Shown: positions 57,595-64,000 of the stretch, piece after piece
Layout of the letters: every line of letters starts with the position of its first letter
Numbering within the stretch: the first letter of the stretch is position 1
Assembly (NCBI GenBank): GCA_965603825.1
Contig: CBFDEM010000030.1
Location: forward strand, 310,001-374,000
From: Blepharisma stoltei ATCC 30299
Lineage: Eukaryota; Protista; Ciliophora
Direction: 5' to 3'
DNA: 64,000 nucleotides
The notes under the pieces: generated by a model
What the model saw: the letters and a program-made list of their open reading frames with translations, nothing else
Databases searched by the model: none
Told to the model about the DNA's origin: nothing
Translations under genes and position numbers: made by a program

Positions 57595-58251
57595 TTATGG
57601 GTTGTAAGAGACTGCATTATTATATGCAGGGCTTCTATATGAAGGGCTTATATATCCCGTATTTGATCCAGAAAATTGTTGATAGCCTGCTTGCAAATTC
57701 TGACCCTGCATAGTGTAACCTCCTGGCGAGAGCATATAAATTTGATTTGAATTAGTTTGATTTGCAAGCTGAGCCTTCAATATTCTTGAAACTCTAATAC
57801 CTCTAATAGAAAGGAAGCAAGCAACTAAGAAGTAAACTGCAAAAAAGAGAGTAAACCATGTAAAAAACCATCCTAGTCCTTCTCACGTAGAGCAATTATC
57901 ATCGTCTGATGAATTACAGGAGTATCCATTAATTGCTATTATGAGCACCATGAAAAGGATTCCCCAAAATGCGACATTGATTATGCTATAAACTAGCAGA
58001 CAAATAAATAAAGCAGTTACAGTACTTATACGACTAGGGATAGTGCTTCTTGATATACATATCCCAGATATTCCTGTAGTTATATAAGGGCATAAGTATA
58101 TGAGCCACAAAATGATAGCTGCTGCATTCACTATTAAGAAGATAACTATAGGTATGAGTACCCAAACCAAAGTTATAATAGAAGTGCATAGCACTTTTCC
58201 CTTGTATAAAGGAATTTTGGAGCAAACTGCTAGTGGAGGATCGAGCTGCAT
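57595..58251 (-). CDS. Four-TM membrane protein, probable distant paralogue of 56615-57250
   Basis: Two ORF fragments joined by TGA 57883-57885; loop CNSSDDDNC; Q/N/Y/P/G-rich tail. Confidence 0.75.
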
Positions 58252-58552
58252 ATTTTATTTATATAACTTATTTTTGGTTTATGCAGAAGATTAAAAAATT
58301 TATTAAAATATCAAAAAAAAGAGTTCTTAACTGTTTTATGAAAGTAATTCTACTTTATTGCTGGAATTTGTGAGAAAAAAAAAGTTATGCTTACAACTAA
58401 CAAAAACTCCTCTTTTATTTCCATCACTCATTTTTATTCTAACTTATGTAGAGTTCCTTTCATTTTTATAGATTTTTAAATTATATAAATAAAACCTAAA
58501 GTAATTTTCCTAAATCTTAGACAAATCATCATATCTTTTTAAATACACAAAA

Positions 58553-60055
58553 ATGTCAAGATTGAGAGGACTCAAAAAAATCGCTGATTTGAGGAGTCCT
58601 CACGAATGATTCCCACTCGCTCGAATTTCGCCACGAAAAATTAACTACCACATTGGTCCTACCAATAGTGGTAAGACATATTCTGCATTAGAGCATCTTA
58701 AAAAGGCAAAAACAGGGATTTATTGTTCCCCTCTTCGCCTTTTGGCTTCAGAAATTTTTGAAAAATTAAATTCTTCAGGAATTAAGTGTTCACTTATTAC
58801 AGGGGAAGAGAAAACTATAATTCCAGGAGCTACACACATGTCTTGTACAATGGAGTCAATCAATTTAGATGAAAGCTATGACTGTGCATTAATTGATGAA
58901 ATTCAAATGATAGGAGACCAAGATAGGGGCTCTTCATGAACAAATGCACTACTTGGGCTCTGGAGTCCTGAAATTCATTTAACTGGTGACAAAAGGCCGC
59001 TTAGACTTATAAAGAATTTAGCTAAAATCACTGGGGATGAACTACAAACTTTTGAGTATAATAGGCTTAGCCATCTAGAAGTGTGCGAGCCAGTGACTTC
59101 GATTAAGGATTTAAAAGAAGGAGACTGCATTATAGCATTTTCTAGGAAAACTTGCCATAAATTGAAGAAAATCATTGAAAGGAAAGATCCTGGATCCTGC
59201 GCTATTATATATGGAAACTTACCTATAGAAACAAGGAAAGAGCAGGCTAGGAAATTCAATGAAGAAAAATCTGTGAAATATTTAATATCGACAGATGCAG
59301 TTGGTATGGGATTGAATTACAATATTTCAAGGGTAATTTTTTTTGATATAAAGAAGAATGATGGAAGTGGAATTAGAAAACTAAGGCCTTGAGAAGTAAA
59401 ACAAATATCAGGAAGAGCTGGAAGATTTGAAAAGAATGGCCTTGTTACAGCTTGGTCTCTAGAAGATGCAAAATTTATTAGTCAATCTTTAATAGAAACA
59501 CAGCTATCTATTGAAAGAGAAACAGTTAATAGAGCAGGACTTTTCCCTATTTATAGCCAAATTTCTGAATATGCTGAACAACTCACACAAAACAGCAAGG
59601 ATATTGTATATCATAAGGTTTTGCAAAGCTTCGAAAAATCTGCTTTTATTGAAAAATTTTATTTTTTTCAAAGCATCGATGAAGTATGTTATAATTCTGA
59701 ACTATTATGGCATTTGCATTTGGATTTTGAAGATCAGTATGTATTCTCTCATTCTCCTCTTAGATTAACCTCAAAATACCTTACAAGATCACTAGGAGAA
59801 ATGGCAAAAAATTTAAAAAGAAAAGGCGAAGTAAAGCTTATAATGGAATTTGATAATACATGAAGTCTAGATCACTTAGAAAACTTGCATGCTTTATTTG
59901 AGCTTTACATTTGGTTATCGAAAAATTACGAGCCTCAAGTTTTTCCTAACTATAATGATGTGTGCTACCAGAAAAAAATTATAGCGGAACTGATAGAAAA
60001 AAAGCTTGATGAGCTCCCATATGAAGATGCTGATGAAATCAGAAAAGCAAGATAA
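58553..60055 (+). CDS. SUV3: ATP-dependent RNA helicase SUV3 (mitochondrial degradosome)
   Basis: DLRSPHE-W-FPLAR, HIGPTNSGKT, IDEIQMI, GDCIIAFSR, IYGNLP, TDAVGMGLN, QISGRAGR; exact start uncertain. Confidence 0.92.
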
Positions 60056-60133
60056 AGACTCAGCTTACGTGATACTTAATAACTTATAATTCCAGGATCT
60101 TTTTGATTAAAATTTATCCATTTAATAATTATT

Positions 60134-60418
60134 ATGAGAGAATTCTATAAGCTTGAGGCTCCAAGAATCTACGGGTTTTTCAAATGCATAGAGGACAGGC
60201 AATTTCTGTTAGGATTAAGAAGGGTCACCAGATATACAGCTTATAAAGTCCTCAAATATGCGCCAACTCCTATATATGATAAACTTTTCAGTAAATCTTA
60301 TCTTCCATTTGCTACAAGATATAATCTTCCAATACTTTTTACAGCGTGGCTTGGATGGAAAGTCTATCGTAATGTTGCTTATGACTCAAGCGACTGCAGC
60401 TGCAAGGCTAAGGCCTAA
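60134..60418 (+). CDS. Small basic protein with one TM helix (94 aa), function unknown
   Basis: Clean ATG-TAA ORF in a tightly packed array; hydrophobic LPILFTAWLGWKVY. Confidence 0.7.
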   Translation: MREFYKLEAPRIYGFFKCIEDRQFLLGLRRVTRYTAYKVLKYAPTPIYDKLFSKSYLPFATRYNLPILFTAWLGWKVYRNVAYDSSDCSCKAKA

Positions 60419-60552
60419 AGTTAACTAGATTTACTAATTCTTTATTTTCATATAAAATAATACCCATAAGATGGATTTATATATTTTTTGTTCAGTGATT
60501 ACTTTATTGCCCAAATATTTAAAATTAAATCTATTTAAATTACAATTATTGC

Positions 60553-62457
60553 ATGTCTACTTTTCGAAAACCAAAAATCAGAGTTCAGTCAAGGCAAAGG
60601 ATTACTACAAGAACGCCTGATCAAATTTCTAATGAAGATCCAGTCAGGCCTCTGCTAAGCCGCAATCAACTCCCATCTCCAAAGCTTTCATTCAGTTCTG
60701 CCTCTTCATATGAAATTACCAAATCAATAATTTCTAGAAGAGAGCCAAAATTGATAAAAATCAGGAAAATTTACTCCACAAGTTCACCAGATAAAGCTCA
60801 AAAAGTGCATAAAAAAAGAAATAAGCCAGAAAACTCAAAGGAAGAGCATTTTACCCCTCTTCTTCCTAATTTAAAATCAATCAGCTCTCAAGGATTTGAA
60901 CCGAAAATGAAACATGAAGAAAACTCTTCAATGATTTTTATTAAAGAATTTCCTGAAAAATTGCCAGCGAGAAATTCAATGATTTCTTTCAAAAAAGCAA
61001 TGAAAAACAAAAAGTGGCTCGCCAAAGCCAAAGATTTCTTGAAAACAGAATTCAATAAATGTCTAAAAGAAAGTAATGGAATAAATGTGGTAAGCCCTGA
61101 AAATTCGGTGACAACTTATAAATATTATGTAGGAAAAGGAAATAATAGTGGATTAGTGAAGCAAGTAATGCAATCTAGATGATGGTGAGTTGAAGTTGAA
61201 GAGGCTGAAAATATGAATGTCAATCTTTATTGGTCACAGCTTTTTAATTCACAATTTTCAGGGAAAATCCCTGAAGCTGTTCCTTTTGTTGATAATTCTA
61301 CTATAAGTAAGCCATTATCGGTTTCATGCTTGAATATAGAAACTGATATATCAAATAATGTAAAAGTTGATATATCAGTCTTAGGGTTTGATTTGATTAC
61401 CCAAAGCAGCTCTTATACAACTTTAAAAGAAATGCATCAATATGTACCAAATCTTGCACTTACCCATAACAGGCTTCCAAGTAATGACAATCTTTGCAAT
61501 AAAAAAGCTTTATATAGAAACATGAAAGCCTACTATACAAGCTTAGGAAAAAATGTTTTCGATTATTTGCCATTAACTTTCCATTTAGTAAATGGAGAAA
61601 ATGATGAAATTTTTACGGAATTTTCTCAGTGTTTTGAAGAATTTAAGGAAAAATCCCAAAATCTTTGGATTCTTAAACCCGGAGAAAATACTAATAGAGG
61701 AAATGGAATTTGTGTATGCAATAGCATAGAGCAGATAAAGAATGAGTTAAGAAATAACCCATTCCCTAGAACAGGCGAGCATACTTATATATTGCAGAAA
61801 TATATAGAAAATCCTTTATTAATAAGTAGAAGAAAATTTGATATCAGGCTTTATGCGATGCTAACATCAGTAAATGGGATTATTCAAGGCTACTTTTATA
61901 AAGAAGGATACTTAAGAACTGCTTGCAAGGCATATACTGCTAAAAATTTAGATAATAAATATATCCATCTTACTAATGATGCAGTCCAAAAGAAAAGCGA
62001 AGATTATGGAAAATATGAAAATGGTAATAAAATTTCATATAAGGAATTTCAAAGATACTTAGATATAAAAAGAATTGATGTAAGCTTCATGAATGATATA
62101 ATTCCGAAAATAAAAGATATAGTAAAAGATACATTTATGGCGACTTTTCAAATGATTGATAAGGAAAGAAAATCTCATTCATTTGAAATTTATGGATATG
62201 ATTTTCTTTTAGATACCAATTTTACACCATGGTTATTAGAAGTTAATACAAATCCATGTTTAGAGTTATCATCACCTTTGCTTGGTAGAATTATTCCTTC
62301 AATGTTGGATAATGCATTTAGAATAGCTGTAGATCCTGTTTTTCCTGAAATTGCTCAGTGTTCAAGAAGAAGTAATGTTGTTAAAGAGTCTTATCCTCCG
62401 AATAAATTTGAGCTGATATTCCATGAACTTATCGATGGTAAAAATCCATCTGAATAG
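60553..62457 (+). CDS. Tubulin-tyrosine ligase-like (TTLL) protein, probably glycylase-type
   Basis: GKGNNSGLV..SR-WWW (TGA TGG TGA), WILKPGENTNRGNGI, QKYIENP, RKFDIR, HLTNDAVQK, WLLEVNTNP. Confidence 0.92.
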
Positions 62458-62645
62458 GCTATTTTAACATTTTTATAACGATTAAAATTTTATTGATTTG
62501 AGAGAAATTATTTATATTGAATAAAACTGTAAAACGAATTATCATTTTAAAAGATTATTAACTTAACGAGGAAATAAAGTATAAATAAATATGCATGAGT
62601 TATTAAAATATTGGAATTATGGGAAAATGAAAGTTTATAAAAAGA

Positions 62646-62717
62646 AGGTTCTACCGAGATTTGAACTCGGGTTACAGGATTCAGAGTCCTATGTGATAAC
62701 CACTACACTATAGAACC
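62646..62717 (-). tRNA. tRNA-Gln (CTG)
   Basis: Minus strand GGTTCTA..TAGGA-CTCTGAA-TCCTG..CCGAG-TTCAAAT-CTCGG-TAGAACC-T, 72 nt. Confidence 0.96.
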
Positions 62718-62917
62718 TATTGCCTGTTAAACATTATCAGTGCATTTATAGCTGAAAACTGAAGCTTGGTGCATCATCAATTAATTCCAAAAATTGCTTT
62801 GCTTTATTTTATCGAATGGATCAGCTCTAAGCCATGTCATAATTTTTCATTTAAAGATTTTCTTAATTTCTTATTAAAGCGTGTATATTTTCGTGCCTGC
62901 AGCCTTAATAATTCAAA

Positions 62918-64000
62918 ATGGATTTTATCCAAGAAATCCCTAGGATTCAAGAAGCTCAAAATGCTAATATTGAAATATTTGTTATCAATCCTGTTATAAA
63001 TAACGAAAATTTTCAACGGCAAGTTACATATGAAGTCAAAGGTCAAGATAGTTTAGGACAGTTTGAAAGCTTAAGAAAATATTCTGAGTTCATTACACTA
63101 AGAAACATTTTAACACAAAAATGACCTGGCCATTATATTCCTCCTGTGCCTCCTAAAAAATTAATGGGAAGCTTTTCATTAGAATTCATAGAAACTAGGA
63201 GAAAACACTTAGAATATTTTTTGCAACAATCTTCAAAGATTAATATTTTTTATACAACAGAAGAATATCAACTATTTTTAAGAGGACCCGCAGATTTTGA
63301 TAAACTCATGAACCAATTTAAATATACAATCAGAGATATTTCAGATAAATATAAACAAGTATATGAAGAATGCACTAAAGTTTTTGTGACGACACAAATG
63401 GCTGATCAGATTGCTGAATATGAAAACTTATTTAAAGAAAATCTCAATAAATTGCTTGATTTTAAAAATGTTGTTAAAGAAGTTCATACAAAATTTGATT
63501 CTTTCCAAAAACAATTTTGTTTATTCAATGCAAAAATGACAAGTTTAGAAACCGAATACATAGGCGAAATCACACCTTCTTATAGCAAAATTTACAGTCC
63601 AATTGAAAAAAATGAAATAGAAAATCCTTTTCACGAAATTTACGAATGAGTCAAAATTGAAATTTTAGATCTTGAAGCCATTTTAGAAACAATTTCAAAA
63701 AAATCCGAAATCGAGAATCAAAGAGCAAAGATAGAAGAAAAAATAAAAAAGGAGAATGTCAATTTGAAAGACCTCCAAGCTGGAAAAACAAAATTTTTAA
63801 ATTTATTAAATTCAAAACCTAAATCTGATCAAGCTGCTGAGATAGAATCTACTATAAGAGAATTAGAAGCTGACATTATTGATCATTCTTGCATACTCAG
63901 AATTATAGTTGTTCGGCTTTTTGAGACTGTTTTACCTGAATTCAAAGTAATGAAGTCAAAAGTGTATAAAGACATGATGAAAACTTATGGAAGAATCTCC
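62918..64000 (+). CDS. PX-domain sorting nexin-like protein with helical/BAR-like region (3' partial)
   Basis: VTYEV..RKYSEFITLR..K-W(TGA)-PGHYIPPVPPKK..FIETRRKHLEYFL. Confidence 0.88.

Overview
Gene-dense, AT-rich eukaryotic DNA that reads as the macronuclear genome of a heterotrich ciliate, most likely Blepharisma. TGA encodes Trp: it occupies conserved Trp positions in many proteins and aligns to TGG in a paralogue within the window. All genes end in TAA or TAG. Every intron found is a 15-nt GT..AG intron with A at position 10. The supplied ORF track therefore fragments many genes. Re-read with TGA=Trp and these introns, the window holds about 34 protein genes and 2 tRNA genes (Leu-TAA, Gln-CTG). 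Housekeeping genes include a P5-ATPase, RPN12, STN1, a dual-start LysRS, IDH3, TRAPPC5, a YY1-like factor, PKG, IDI, acyl-CoA oxidase, PP2C, SUV3, a TTLL ligase and a sorting nexin. The most unusual items are: (1) a 2102-aa intronless membrane protein joining a leishmanolysin (M8) protease to Cys-rich/LamG-like, REJ/PKD-like, GPS-like and multi-TM regions; (2) an 1852-aa secreted hyper-acidic Ser/Glu/Thr protein with casein-like SSEE clusters; (3) a HIBCH-HSDL2-HIBCH cluster with predicted peroxisomal signals and a shared 16-bp upstream element; (4) a tandem Venus-flytrap multi-TM receptor broken by one in-frame TAG; (5) co-directional gene arrays with 14-36-nt spacers. All calls come from reading the sequence by eye; no searches were run.
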